NCBI GenBank assembly: GCA_947085655.1
Contig: CAMTXH010000014.1
Span: 9,825-73,824, forward strand
Source: an uncultured Omnitrophica bacterium
Lineage (GTDB): Bacteria > Omnitrophota > Gorgyraeia > JACQQV01
Reading direction: 5' to 3'
DNA: 64,000 bases
Every line of letters begins with the position of its first letter. Position 1 is the stretch's first letter. This document shows, piece after piece, positions 55,922-64,000 of this stretch. Position numbers and translations under genes: made by a program. The notes below the pieces were generated by a model that saw only the letters and a program-made list of their open reading frames with translations, did not search any database and was not told the DNA's origin.

Positions 55922-58900
55922 ATGATCCGGCGTCTTATCTCCGTTATCCTCATTGAAACCTTCCTATTGAGTTCCCTCGGCACAGAATTTGTACGGGCCG
56001 AGCCGGTCATCTTTTCCCAGATGTTGCTCAGGGCCCGAAGCGTTGCCAGCGACGGCTCTTCCCGCCAGGAGCTCACTGACTCCCTCCGGACTGCAGACTC
56101 AATCGAAACGCCCCAGGATGTTCCCGCGGAGACCCCCTTCGGAAGTGAAGCAGAGCTCCGGAGGAAAATTTCGGGCCAGACCTTTACGCCGATTAGAGGC
56201 GGTGCCCAGATCGAAACCGTTTATCTCAGCCGGGATCTTGCTTTGTACGTTCCCAGGTTCACCGGGGCACTTTATTTAAGCGATACGGCCCGGTCGGAAA
56301 TAGATAAAAATCCTTTTTTGAAATTTTCTTATCAGTTGGCCAATCGGCTTGGATTCCCCCTCGCCATATCCCTGAAACAAAAAATCAAGTCGGCTATCCA
56401 ACAGGTGCGGGAAGATCTCGTTGGTTCAGATCCGGTCGGCCCAGCCCTTTTACAGAGCTACCGGCTGGCGGAGGGATTGGGGCCGCTGGTCGATCCCTTT
56501 CGCGTTCTGTGGGATGTCTCCATCAAAACGAAGAAGGGGAAGGTTGTGGATTTGCCTCTTGTCATTGTGAGGGAAAGAAGTAACACCTTTCTCATCGACG
56601 ACCTGAAAAGACTGGAGAACTCCGAAGAGGCAAGACAAAAAATCGAGGAGGTCTTTCGTCTTGAGGAAACCCTTTGGGAAAAGGGGATTGTCAATCTGGA
56701 CATCCTTTTCTTAAGAAACGCCCGAACCCGAAACGGCAACGTTGTCCTGCGGGATTTGGGAAATCTGACGCAAGATGGGGCGCATGTCCTTCTCCTCTTG
56801 GAGCGGCTTCACACCGGCGGCTTCAGCCGGAGATTTCATCCCATTGAGAAAGGGGCAAGGAGGATTTCGCGATGGGTCTCGCCCGAGCTCGGGACGTATT
56901 ACAAACGCCGGGCCTACGAGGTCTATTCCGCCGAAAACTTTCTCCGTCACTGGCCCTCCCCCATTCCTTCCGCTTCCGTGTCGGACGGCGGGGACAAAGT
57001 GCCGGAAGAAGGCAAACAGATCCCCCGCTGGACTATTCCGCGGGCCGCTTTGTTAGGTTCCTTCATCCTTGTTCCCAGCGTTTATCTGTCCGTCTCTCAT
57101 TTTTTGGAAGGGTATGCTTTTTTGAGAACGCACTATACCTGGCAGACGGATGTAACAGCCGGCGCATTGATTGTCGGACTCTCTGACATGTTGGGCCAAT
57201 GGATGGCCTATCGTTCAAAGGGCGTCCCCATTCTTAAGAAACAACTCGTTCTGGCCGCGGCGCTCGGAGGTTTGTTCGGATGGACCTACGGGGTTTTTTA
57301 CCACTGGATTGAGCCGTTTTCTCTTTGGAGCCGGGTGGGACTTGCCGCTTTCATTGGAAGCGCCAAGGGGGCTGTGTATGCCCTCATGGTCGGAAAAATC
57401 AAAATGAGTTCTCTTCCCCGTTTCCGAGACCATTACCGGACGAGACGCCAGGTCGAGAAATTCGTGACAGTGATGGCGTTTGAAATACCGCTTCGATTTT
57501 TGAGACATGTCATGATTCAGGGATGGGTGGACCCTTTTTACCGCCAGATTGTGAGTTTTGCCAGTAACGCCATTCTAGCCCCCATCGGCGGATGGATTTT
57601 TAACCGCCTCCAGGTGCCCCTTCCCGGTTTGGTCCAATTTCTGGAAAATACCCTTGCGCGACTGGGGATTGATGTGAGGACGAAAAGGGCACAGGATGGG
57701 GGGCGTCAAGTCTCTTCGGCCGAAGTGGCCCGGGAAGTGGCTGAGGCGGCGCGGGAGGAAAAATGGAAAGGCGAAAGTTTTATGAAAAGCCTTTTCATGG
57801 GCGAGTTTCGTCCGGAACTCCTTTCCCCGTATCCGGTGCAGGATCCGGTCGACAAAGCGGTGGGCGATGCCACTCTTGCGGGACTCGAGAGCTTCTTGAA
57901 GGAAAACGTTGACCCGTCACAAATTGACCGCAACACCAAAATCCCCCAGGATGTCATCGATGGCCTCTTCGCCCTCGGCGCCTTCGGCATGAGAATTCCC
58001 AAGGAGTACGGGGGGCTCGGGCTTTCCCAGACCAATTATTTGCGGGCGCTTCAGCTTACGGCAAGTTACAGCCCGATCGTGTCGGCCCTTCTCTCCGTGC
58101 ACCAGAGCGTCGGGCTTCCCCAGCCGCTTAAAATCGTTTATGCAGAGGCGCAGAAAGAGGGGGATAGGGCCATCATCGAGAAGACGCGGCGCCAGATGCA
58201 GAAATACTACCCGGAAATGGCCACGCATGCCCTTTCCGCCTTTTCCATCACCGAGAAGGAAGCGGGCTCCGATCCTTCAAAGGCCTCTTTGCGCGCGGAA
58301 CGTGCGCCGAATGGAAAAGGGTGGATTCTGAACGGGAGGAAACTCTGGACGACAAACGGGCCGATCGCGCGCTACATCCTCGTCCTCGCCAGAACCCCGG
58401 ATCAGAACGGCAGACCGCAGCTCACCGCCTTTATCGTCGATACGAACTCCCCGGGACTCCAAAGAACCCGGTTGGAATTTTCAGGACTACGCGGCATCGA
58501 AAATGGGGAGTTATTGATGGACAATGTGTATGTCTCAGACGAGGATGTTTTATGGAAGGAGGGGAAAGGACTTAAAATCGCTCTTGCAACGCTCAATACC
58601 GGCCGCCTCTCCATCGCCGCGATCACCCTGGGGACCCTGAAGCGTTCTCTGAATCTTGCCCGCGGGTACGCCAGCCGGCGCATCCAGTGGGGGAAGCCGA
58701 TCGGCCAGCACGAGGCCATGGCCCAGAAAATTGCGGGGATGGCAAGGACCATCTTTGCGCTGGAGGCGGTCCTCTGGCATGCCTCCCTCCTGGTGGACCA
58801 GGTCCCCGAGGAACAACTCGATATCCGGCTTGAGTCCTCCGCGTCGAAACTGGAGACCACGGAGCTGGGATGGCGCATCATTGATGACTTGGTGCAAATC

Positions 58901-60271
58901 TTCGGCGGATTGGGATATGAAACGGCAGATTCAAAAGGGGGGCGGGGAGAGCGCCCCATCCCGGTCGAGCAGCTTTTCCGGGACTTCCGGATTACACGCA
59001 TCTTTGAGGGGACCTCCGAAATTCAGCACCTCTTCATTGCGCGGGAAGCGACCGATTTCCACTTCAAACGCGCAAAGACCCTTCTGAATCCGAAAGCCCC
59101 CCTCTCTCAAAAAGCGGCGGCTTTCCTGCGGGTGGGCCTTTTTTATCTTGCGTGGTATCCCAAACAGTGGATTCCCCGGCGGCTTTTCCTGAAGGGAGAG
59201 GAACGGTATCTTGCCCGCATGAGCCAGCGCCTGGCGCGTCATACCTTCCATCAGATCCTCCGTCATGGGCCGGGACTTGAAAGGAGGCAGTCGGTTCTCT
59301 TTCCGCTTGTCGATATCGGCGACAAACTGTATTTAAGCGCTGCCGCCCTCGCAAGAGCAGAGTCGCTTAAAGGAAAGTATCCGAATGCGGTTGCGTTGGC
59401 AGAGCGTGTCGTTAAGGAAACCCATCATGCCCTCAAGGGCCGGTCTCTTTTCCCGAGTTTAGGAATCCTCGACCGGGCAGAGGAACAGAACTATCAACTC
59501 GCCCAGCGCGTTCTCGCCGGAGAATACGCATGGCTTGAGGAAGGAATCATTCCGGATCCGGAATTTCTTCCGGATGAGGCGCTGCGTGAGGTCCTTCACT
59601 CCAACGATATCCCTCCCCGGCGCGCCCGCGCCAGGGACGAACTCCTCCGCCGGCAGGCGTCGCGGGATGGGGGAGAGAAGGACAATTTTATCCCTTATGC
59701 AGAAATCGAGGAAGCGCTCAGGTCGCTGGGCGTCCCGATTCAAAGGTCTTCGGATCCGGTCAAGGGATTCATCCGGTTTGACGCAGAAGGGACGCTTTGG
59801 GTCGACCCCTTTGTCGTGGATCATCCCGTCCCCCGCGTCTTTTTTGAAAAAGGCCTTCTCCCGGCCCTTCAGTTTGAAAAGCTTCTTTTATCCCGTTTTG
59901 GGTTTGGGAAGGAAACAGGCGCGGGCACTGAGGATCAGGAGTGGACCCTTGAAATCCTCGGGCTTCAGCCGTTCACTCAAGGAATCGTTTCGCTTTCTGA
60001 AGAAGAACGTGGGTTCATTCAAGAGTGGGTCAGTGCACGTGTTACAGAGAGTCCCCGCGAGGACTTTTTGATGCTCCGGCGGCTTTTGTCCCTTGCCGAA
60101 TGGATCGAGCAACCCGAAATCCAAGAAGGTTTTGTCCGGGATTGGCTGGAGCGGGCCCGCTCGCCGGAAAATCCGGATCGCAAGCCGGATGGCGGGAGAA
60201 GGATTTTTTTCCACGACGCCATACATCCTGCCGTCATCCAGAGACCCGTTGCGGTTGAGAGCGGCGTATAA
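55922..60271 (+). CDS. Membrane protein fused to an acyl-CoA dehydrogenase (1,449 aa): N-terminal leader, unknown domain, polytopic hydrophobic block, VLCAD/ACAD9-like ACAD core and a C-terminal helical extension
   Basis: ATG at 55922 lies 6 nt after the upstream stop. Leader ISVILIETFLLSSLGTEFVRAE. Hydrophobic block about 57040-57400. ACAD motifs: FMGEFRPELLSPYP, IPKEYGGLGLS, AFSITEKEAGSDPS, GWILNGRKLWTTNG, YETADSKGGRGE...LFRDFRITRIFEGTSEIQHLFIARE. Confidence 0.75.
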   Translation: MIRRLISVILIETFLLSSLGTEFVRAEPVIFSQMLLRARSVASDGSSRQELTDSLRTADSIETPQDVPAETPFGSEAELRRKISGQTFTPIRGGAQIETVYLSRDLALYVPRFTGALYLSDTARSEIDKNPFLKFSYQLANRLGFPLAISLKQKIKSAIQQVREDLVGSDPVGPALLQSYRLAEGLGPLVDPFRVLWDVSIKTKKGKVVDLPLVIVRERSNTFLIDDLKRLENSEEARQKIEEVFRLEETLWEKGIVNLDILFLRNARTRNGNVVLRDLGNLTQDGAHVLLLLERLHTGGFSRRFHPIEKGARRISRWVSPELGTYYKRRAYEVYSAENFLRHWPSPIPSASVSDGGDKVPEEGKQIPRWTIPRAALLGSFILVPSVYLSVSHFLEGYAFLRTHYTWQTDVTAGALIVGLSDMLGQWMAYRSKGVPILKKQLVLAAALGGLFGWTYGVFYHWIEPFSLWSRVGLAAFIGSAKGAVYALMVGKIKMSSLPRFRDHYRTRRQVEKFVTVMAFEIPLRFLRHVMIQGWVDPFYRQIVSFASNAILAPIGGWIFNRLQVPLPGLVQFLENTLARLGIDVRTKRAQDGGRQVSSAEVAREVAEAAREEKWKGESFMKSLFMGEFRPELLSPYPVQDPVDKAVGDATLAGLESFLKENVDPSQIDRNTKIPQDVIDGLFALGAFGMRIPKEYGGLGLSQTNYLRALQLTASYSPIVSALLSVHQSVGLPQPLKIVYAEAQKEGDRAIIEKTRRQMQKYYPEMATHALSAFSITEKEAGSDPSKASLRAERAPNGKGWILNGRKLWTTNGPIARYILVLARTPDQNGRPQLTAFIVDTNSPGLQRTRLEFSGLRGIENGELLMDNVYVSDEDVLWKEGKGLKIALATLNTGRLSIAAITLGTLKRSLNLARGYASRRIQWGKPIGQHEAMAQKIAGMARTIFALEAVLWHASLLVDQVPEEQLDIRLESSASKLETTELGWRIIDDLVQIFGGLGYETADSKGGRGERPIPVEQLFRDFRITRIFEGTSEIQHLFIAREATDFHFKRAKTLLNPKAPLSQKAAAFLRVGLFYLAWYPKQWIPRRLFLKGEERYLARMSQRLARHTFHQILRHGPGLERRQSVLFPLVDIGDKLYLSAAALARAESLKGKYPNAVALAERVVKETHHALKGRSLFPSLGILDRAEEQNYQLAQRVLAGEYAWLEEGIIPDPEFLPDEALREVLHSNDIPPRRARARDELLRRQASRDGGEKDNFIPYAEIEEALRSLGVPIQRSSDPVKGFIRFDAEGTLWVDPFVVDHPVPRVFFEKGLLPALQFEKLLLSRFGFGKETGAGTEDQEWTLEILGLQPFTQGIVSLSEEERGFIQEWVSARVTESPREDFLMLRRLLSLAEWIEQPEIQEGFVRDWLERARSPENPDRKPDGGRRIFFHDAIHPAVIQRPVAVESGV
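57780..59070 (+). other. Acyl-CoA dehydrogenase domain (N-terminal α, middle β, C-terminal α) of VLCAD-like type
   Basis: Conserved ACAD catalytic-region motifs, including the FAD/substrate loop SITEKEAGSD and the C-terminal IFEGTSEIQ segment where the catalytic Glu normally lies. Confidence 0.65.
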
Positions 60272-60294
60272 TATAATGGTGAGCGAGTCGAACC

Positions 60295-62655
60295 ATGACA
60301 CCGGAGAAAAAGTTCAGAAGTATTCGGAAAGAATTAATTCTCCTCGGCATTTTTCTGGCCTTTGCCGTTTTGGTTGTGGTGGTTTTTCTCTTACAGCCGC
60401 CCTTTTTGGCGCACTTTTTGCCGAAGCGGCTCGTGACAAAAGGAATGACTATCCCCGAATCGGCGGCGGTTTCACCGGCGGTCCCCGCTCCAATTCCTAC
60501 CGAGGCACCGGTTCCCCCTAAAGCAGTTCCTCCTCGCGTACAAGTCGAGGTGGTTCCGGAAAGCCTCCTCGTTGACGATTTTGATCTGGGATCGGCCCGC
60601 GGCGTTTTTAAAGAGCGTTTCAATGCCCTCGGGACCTATCAGGGAACCTTTTCAAAGCGTCCTTCCTATACGGTCCTTTCCAAGACAACAACCATCCGCC
60701 GCGGGGAGAAGGGGCGGAGTCTCATCATTGATTATTTTACGGGCGGGGGCTGGTGCGGTTATTACACCCTTTTGGCCGGAATCGACATTTCCGCCTTCAA
60801 TACTCTCTCCTTCTGGATCAAGGGAGAACAAGGCGGGGAGGTATTCGATATCGGCCTTGCGGATCAGAGAATGCAGGAACTCGAAATCGATGCCGTCTAT
60901 CTTGGGTCTGTGAACCATTTCCTTCCGCAAGGCGTCAACACTGAGTGGCAGGAGGTGAAAGTTCCGCTCGGCAAGGTTGCGGCAGACATTGACCTGACCC
61001 AGATGGGATCTTTGGTCTTTTTCTTCCGCCATGAGGGGAAGGGGCGTGTCTATGTGGAGGATATCCTGTTTAAGAACGATCCGGAAATCGAGCGGATGCT
61101 TGCGGAGAACGCCCCGCGGGCGGAAACCGACCCCCTTCATCCGAGGAGCGTTTGGGTCTGGAAGACTGACCCGGCCCAAAATCTGAAGGCGCGGAAGGAG
61201 CTCTTGGAACTCTGCGAGCGGACCGGCATCAAGATTCTCTACCTTTTTGTCGGCGATTTCTCCGAAGAGGATGACCTTGAATATGCAAAAGGGCTTGAGG
61301 GGTTCCTTCGGGAGGCGCACCAAAGAGGTCTCAAAGTCGAGGCGTTGACCGGGAACCCGATCTGGCAGATGGAGGAACAACATGAGACCGCGCTGAACTG
61401 GGTCCGTTCGTTCCTTGAGTTTAACAAAAAGCGTCCTCCGGAGGCCCGGATGGACGGCATCTCCCTTGATGTGGAACCGTATCTGGCGCAGGAGTGGAAC
61501 GAGGACCGGGAGGGGGTCAAGGCGGGCTTCCTTTCCTTATTAAGGAAGGTCCGGGCCCTGATTGAGGAGTACCCGGAGCAGGAGTTCCGGTTCGGCGTGG
61601 TTGCCCCTGTTTTCTACGCTGCGGAAGGCCCTGAATTTGAGCGGGAGATTTTCAGGAACGTGGATGTGGTGGCGTTGATGGACTACTACGACACGGCGCG
61701 GGAGATTCTGGGAAATGCCAAGTATCATCTGGATCTTGCCGAGGAAATGGGGAAAAAACTCGCCATCGGCGTCGAGACACAGGATCTGGTTGCCATCAAA
61801 CAGGGAGGGCGGCGGAACACCTTCTTCGAGGAGGGATGGGAAGGGATGGAAGAGGTTTTGAAGGAGGTGAAAAAGGAGGTGGCCTCCACCAGCGCCTTTG
61901 AAGGGTTCGCCATCCATTATGACATCAGCTACAAAAACCTTCAGAAAGGGCGGAATGTCCCGACCAAAGAAAGAAAAATACTCTATACCCTCACCGCCGC
62001 GAAGGCGCCGGTCCCCCCTGTCATTGACGGCGATCTTTCAGATTGGAAGCGGGAGGAGTACCTCTGGGTGGTAACGGAGAAGGACAATGTGGTGTACGGA
62101 CAGGGGGCCTGGCGGGGGGCAGGGGATCTTTCTTTCCAGACAATGCTTCAATGGGATGAGCAAAACCTCTACTTTGCCGCCCGAATCACAGACGACCAGC
62201 ACGTGCAGGAGAAAAAAGGAAAAGACCTCTGGGAAGGGGATCATGTGGAATTTTGGCTCGATATGGACCTTGAGGGGGATTATCTTGAAGCGGTGAATTC
62301 AGACGATGACTTCCAATTCGGCTTCAGCCCGGGTAATTTCAAATCCCTCCCCCCCGAAATCTACATCTGGACCCCTCCGCTTGATCCGGAAAACCTGAAA
62401 CTGGCGGAAGTGGCCTGTCGCAAGACAGAAGAGGGCTATGTCGTAGAGGTCCGGCTTCCTGTATCATTCCTTTTTACCACCTCCAAGCGGAACCAGACCG
62501 AAAGGATCTTCAAACTCGGCGACCGCTACGGCGTCAGCATCGATATGAGCGATACGGATGACGCCAGAGCCCCCCAGAAATCGCTCCTTTCCACTTCAAC
62601 CAACCGGATCTGGGGAGACCCGACCACCTTCGGCATTCTGGAGTTGAAAGAATGA
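60295..62655 (+). CDS. Membrane-anchored protein (786 aa) with a Pro-rich stalk, a paralogous β-sandwich (CBM-like) domain, a GH-like α/β region and a C-terminal CBM9/DOMON-like domain (tentative)
   Basis: ATG at 60295. Upstream are TATAAT (60267-60272, overlapping the preceding stop) and GGTGAG. TM helix LILLGIFLAFAVLVVVVFLL. Pro/Ala/Val-rich linker. GGGWCGYYTLL...GGEVFDIGLAD...TEWQEVKVPL domain (60580-61080). α/β region VWVWKTDP...ILYLFVGDF...DGISLDVEPY (61140-61800). C-terminal LSDWKREEYLW...WDEQNLYFAARITDD...GDHVEFWLD (62030-62640). Confidence 0.7.
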   Translation: MTPEKKFRSIRKELILLGIFLAFAVLVVVVFLLQPPFLAHFLPKRLVTKGMTIPESAAVSPAVPAPIPTEAPVPPKAVPPRVQVEVVPESLLVDDFDLGSARGVFKERFNALGTYQGTFSKRPSYTVLSKTTTIRRGEKGRSLIIDYFTGGGWCGYYTLLAGIDISAFNTLSFWIKGEQGGEVFDIGLADQRMQELEIDAVYLGSVNHFLPQGVNTEWQEVKVPLGKVAADIDLTQMGSLVFFFRHEGKGRVYVEDILFKNDPEIERMLAENAPRAETDPLHPRSVWVWKTDPAQNLKARKELLELCERTGIKILYLFVGDFSEEDDLEYAKGLEGFLREAHQRGLKVEALTGNPIWQMEEQHETALNWVRSFLEFNKKRPPEARMDGISLDVEPYLAQEWNEDREGVKAGFLSLLRKVRALIEEYPEQEFRFGVVAPVFYAAEGPEFEREIFRNVDVVALMDYYDTAREILGNAKYHLDLAEEMGKKLAIGVETQDLVAIKQGGRRNTFFEEGWEGMEEVLKEVKKEVASTSAFEGFAIHYDISYKNLQKGRNVPTKERKILYTLTAAKAPVPPVIDGDLSDWKREEYLWVVTEKDNVVYGQGAWRGAGDLSFQTMLQWDEQNLYFAARITDDQHVQEKKGKDLWEGDHVEFWLDMDLEGDYLEAVNSDDDFQFGFSPGNFKSLPPEIYIWTPPLDPENLKLAEVACRKTEEGYVVEVRLPVSFLFTTSKRNQTERIFKLGDRYGVSIDMSDTDDARAPQKSLLSTSTNRIWGDPTTFGILELKE

Positions 62656-63797
62656 AGCCCAAAATTCTCATTCTTTGCCTTTTGGTTCTATTGCTTCTGC
62701 CTGTCAAGGGTGCGGCGGAGGCCGTTTCTTTGGCGGAGTTGCCCCCTCTCAATGAGGGGATCCTGGATCCGACCGAGCGGAATTTCGGGTTCCGGGGCCG
62801 GATCGGCGGTTTCAGTCTTCCCCCCTCCCGCTACGGGACTTTTTTGGACGACGATCAATTTTATCCGGAAGGAGAAGACCGGGAATCGATTAAATACATG
62901 TATGAACGAAAAGGGGAAGATTCGTTTGTGGGGACCTATGTCATCCTTGCAGCAGACCTTTCCCAATTCAAGACGCTCACTTTTTTTGTCAGGGGCCAGA
63001 AAGGGGGGGAGACCTTCGAGATCGGATTGAACGATGTGATTTCCAACCGACGGGAGGATGCGGTTTATGTCGGTTCCGTCTACCGGTATCTCCCGGGCGG
63101 GATCACCACCGAATGGCAGAAAGTCACGATTCCTCTTTCGGACTGGTTTGGTCCGGACCTTTCGATGGTGTTCAGTCTCGTCTTCAATTTCAATGAGGAG
63201 GGACGGGGGGTCTTCTGGATCGATGAAATCGTCTTCCATACAGACTCACTCGTGGACCGGGAAGCCGAAATCGAAAAAAAAGGGCATCTCCTTTTGGATA
63301 ACTTTGACCACAGCGACCAGAATCTTCTCGGAAGGAAGAGCAACACCTACAAAAAACTTCCCTCCGTCTGCCGGTTTTCGCGGGTTGTAGAGGGTCGCTG
63401 GGGAGAGTCGGGGCGTTCCCTCCGGCTTGATTACGACAAAAAAGCGACCGGTTGGTGCGGCTATTACACCCTTCTCAACGAAATCGACGGAGACTTTTAC
63501 GACCTTTCCTGGTACGACCGGGTCAGTTTCAGGGTGAGGGGCGAAAAGGGTGGAGAGATGTTTGAAATCGGGATGGCCGACCGGAACTGGCTCACCATCG
63601 GCGATTCGGTCAAGGCGGGGCCGATTGGCAAATATCTCCCGGGCGGGATCACCACCGAATGGCAGGAAGTGATCATTCCCCTTTCCGATTTCGGGCTTCT
63701 CGATTTTGCGCAGATGGGCTCCTTTGTCATTAATTTTTACAAAAAGCAGGAAGGGGTCATTTATGTGGATGACCTCAAATTCCATTTGAGCCGGTAA
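62652..63797 (+). CDS. Secreted protein (381 aa) made of two tandem copies of the GWCGYYTLL/TEWQ β-sandwich domain
   Basis: The ATG overlaps the upstream TGA (ATGA). Signal peptide MKPKILILCLLVLLLLPVKGAAEA. Copy 1 is about 62900-63240, copy 2 about 63290-63790. An identical 33-nt segment, tatctcccgggcgggatcaccaccgaatggcag, occurs at 63087-63119 and 63633-63665. Confidence 0.75.
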   Translation: MKPKILILCLLVLLLLPVKGAAEAVSLAELPPLNEGILDPTERNFGFRGRIGGFSLPPSRYGTFLDDDQFYPEGEDRESIKYMYERKGEDSFVGTYVILAADLSQFKTLTFFVRGQKGGETFEIGLNDVISNRREDAVYVGSVYRYLPGGITTEWQKVTIPLSDWFGPDLSMVFSLVFNFNEEGRGVFWIDEIVFHTDSLVDREAEIEKKGHLLLDNFDHSDQNLLGRKSNTYKKLPSVCRFSRVVEGRWGESGRSLRLDYDKKATGWCGYYTLLNEIDGDFYDLSWYDRVSFRVRGEKGGEMFEIGMADRNWLTIGDSVKAGPIGKYLPGGITTEWQEVIIPLSDFGLLDFAQMGSFVINFYKKQEGVIYVDDLKFHLSR

Positions 63798-63815
63798 CCG
63801 ATCAAGGAGGATGAA

Positions 63816-64000
63816 ATGACAGGGCGATGGAGAGGAATCGTCGGGATATTCGGAATCATTTTTCTCTTGGATCAGGGCGCGGCAACAGCCGAAATCATCA
63901 TCAGTCATTTCGACAAAAGGGACAATGAACTGGGAGGCCGCTCGAGCGTCTATCAACAAGCCCCCTCGATCGCCCGGGTGACGCTGACGGCGGAGACAAG
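63816..64000 (+). CDS. 5' end of another secreted paralogue of the same domain family, truncated by the window end
   Basis: ATG at 63816 follows AAGGAGG (63805-63811). Signal-like MTGRWRGIVGIFGIIFLLDQGAATA. ISHFDKRDNELGGRSSVYQQAPS parallels the LDNFDHSDQNLLGRKS and DDFDLGSARGVF starts of the neighbouring domains. Confidence 0.5.
   Translation, partial: MTGRWRGIVGIFGIIFLLDQGAATAEIIISHFDKRDNELGGRSSVYQQAPSIARVTLTAET

Noticed and set aside
60267-60272. TATAAT hexamer overlapping the stop of the 55922 gene as a promoter for the 60295 gene
   Set aside because: There is no convincing -35 at the right spacing, and the genes look co-transcribed (23-nt gap). It is noted only as possible internal promoter activity.
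1-64000. Mobile elements, CRISPR arrays, tRNA or rRNA genes
   Set aside because: I found no transposase or integrase-like ORFs, no regularly spaced direct repeats with spacers, and no tRNA-like cloverleaf or rRNA-like conserved stretches. The window is essentially all protein-coding on one strand.

Overview
This 64 kb window is GC-rich (about 58-60 % by eye, not computed) and every gene I can support lies on the + strand. It is a dense array of 13 co-directional CDSs, most of which encode predicted secreted or membrane-anchored proteins.

The genes run as follows:
- Five small to medium secreted proteins (59-6766). Two of them carry YD/RHS-type repeats.
- A 7,085-codon giant gene (6768-28025). 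It has an N-terminal anchor, a YD-repeat shell-like region, two polytopic membrane blocks, seven tandem ~100-aa repeats and two HExxH motifs.
- An AT-rich 231-bp intergenic region with a putative terminator and promoter.
- A 6,100-codon giant gene (28257-46559, GTG start). It has an N-terminal anchor, an internal duplication, a peptidoglycan-binding domain, a glycoside-hydrolase-like region, a coiled coil of more than 800 aa, three hydrophobic blocks and C-terminal tandem repeats.
- A 1,389-aa protein (46566-50735) that shares a ~105-aa C-terminal module with the preceding giant.
- A second intergenic region with a terminator and promoter.
- A 1,655-aa fusion of a nucleotidyltransferase, a hexapeptide β-helix and a carbamate-kinase-like domain.
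- A 1,449-aa fusion of a membrane domain with a VLCAD-like acyl-CoA dehydrogenase.
- Three genes sharing a paralogous β-sandwich (CBM-like) domain. The last is cut off by the window end.

The five largest proteins (6768-60271) share a conserved N-terminal leader. It is a hydrophobic helix with an embedded Glu/Gln, followed by ΦxDxA[WY]A and a downstream LRP[KR]A motif. This looks like a common sorting signal. Together with the shared C-terminal module, it suggests one functionally coherent, possibly undescribed giant-surface-protein system. Its role could be cell-envelope attachment or attack, given the peptidoglycan-binding and hydrolase-like domains and the YD shell.

I found no rRNA, tRNA, CRISPR or transposase signatures. 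All the long minus-strand ORFs lie antisense inside the giant genes and I regard them as GC-driven artefacts.
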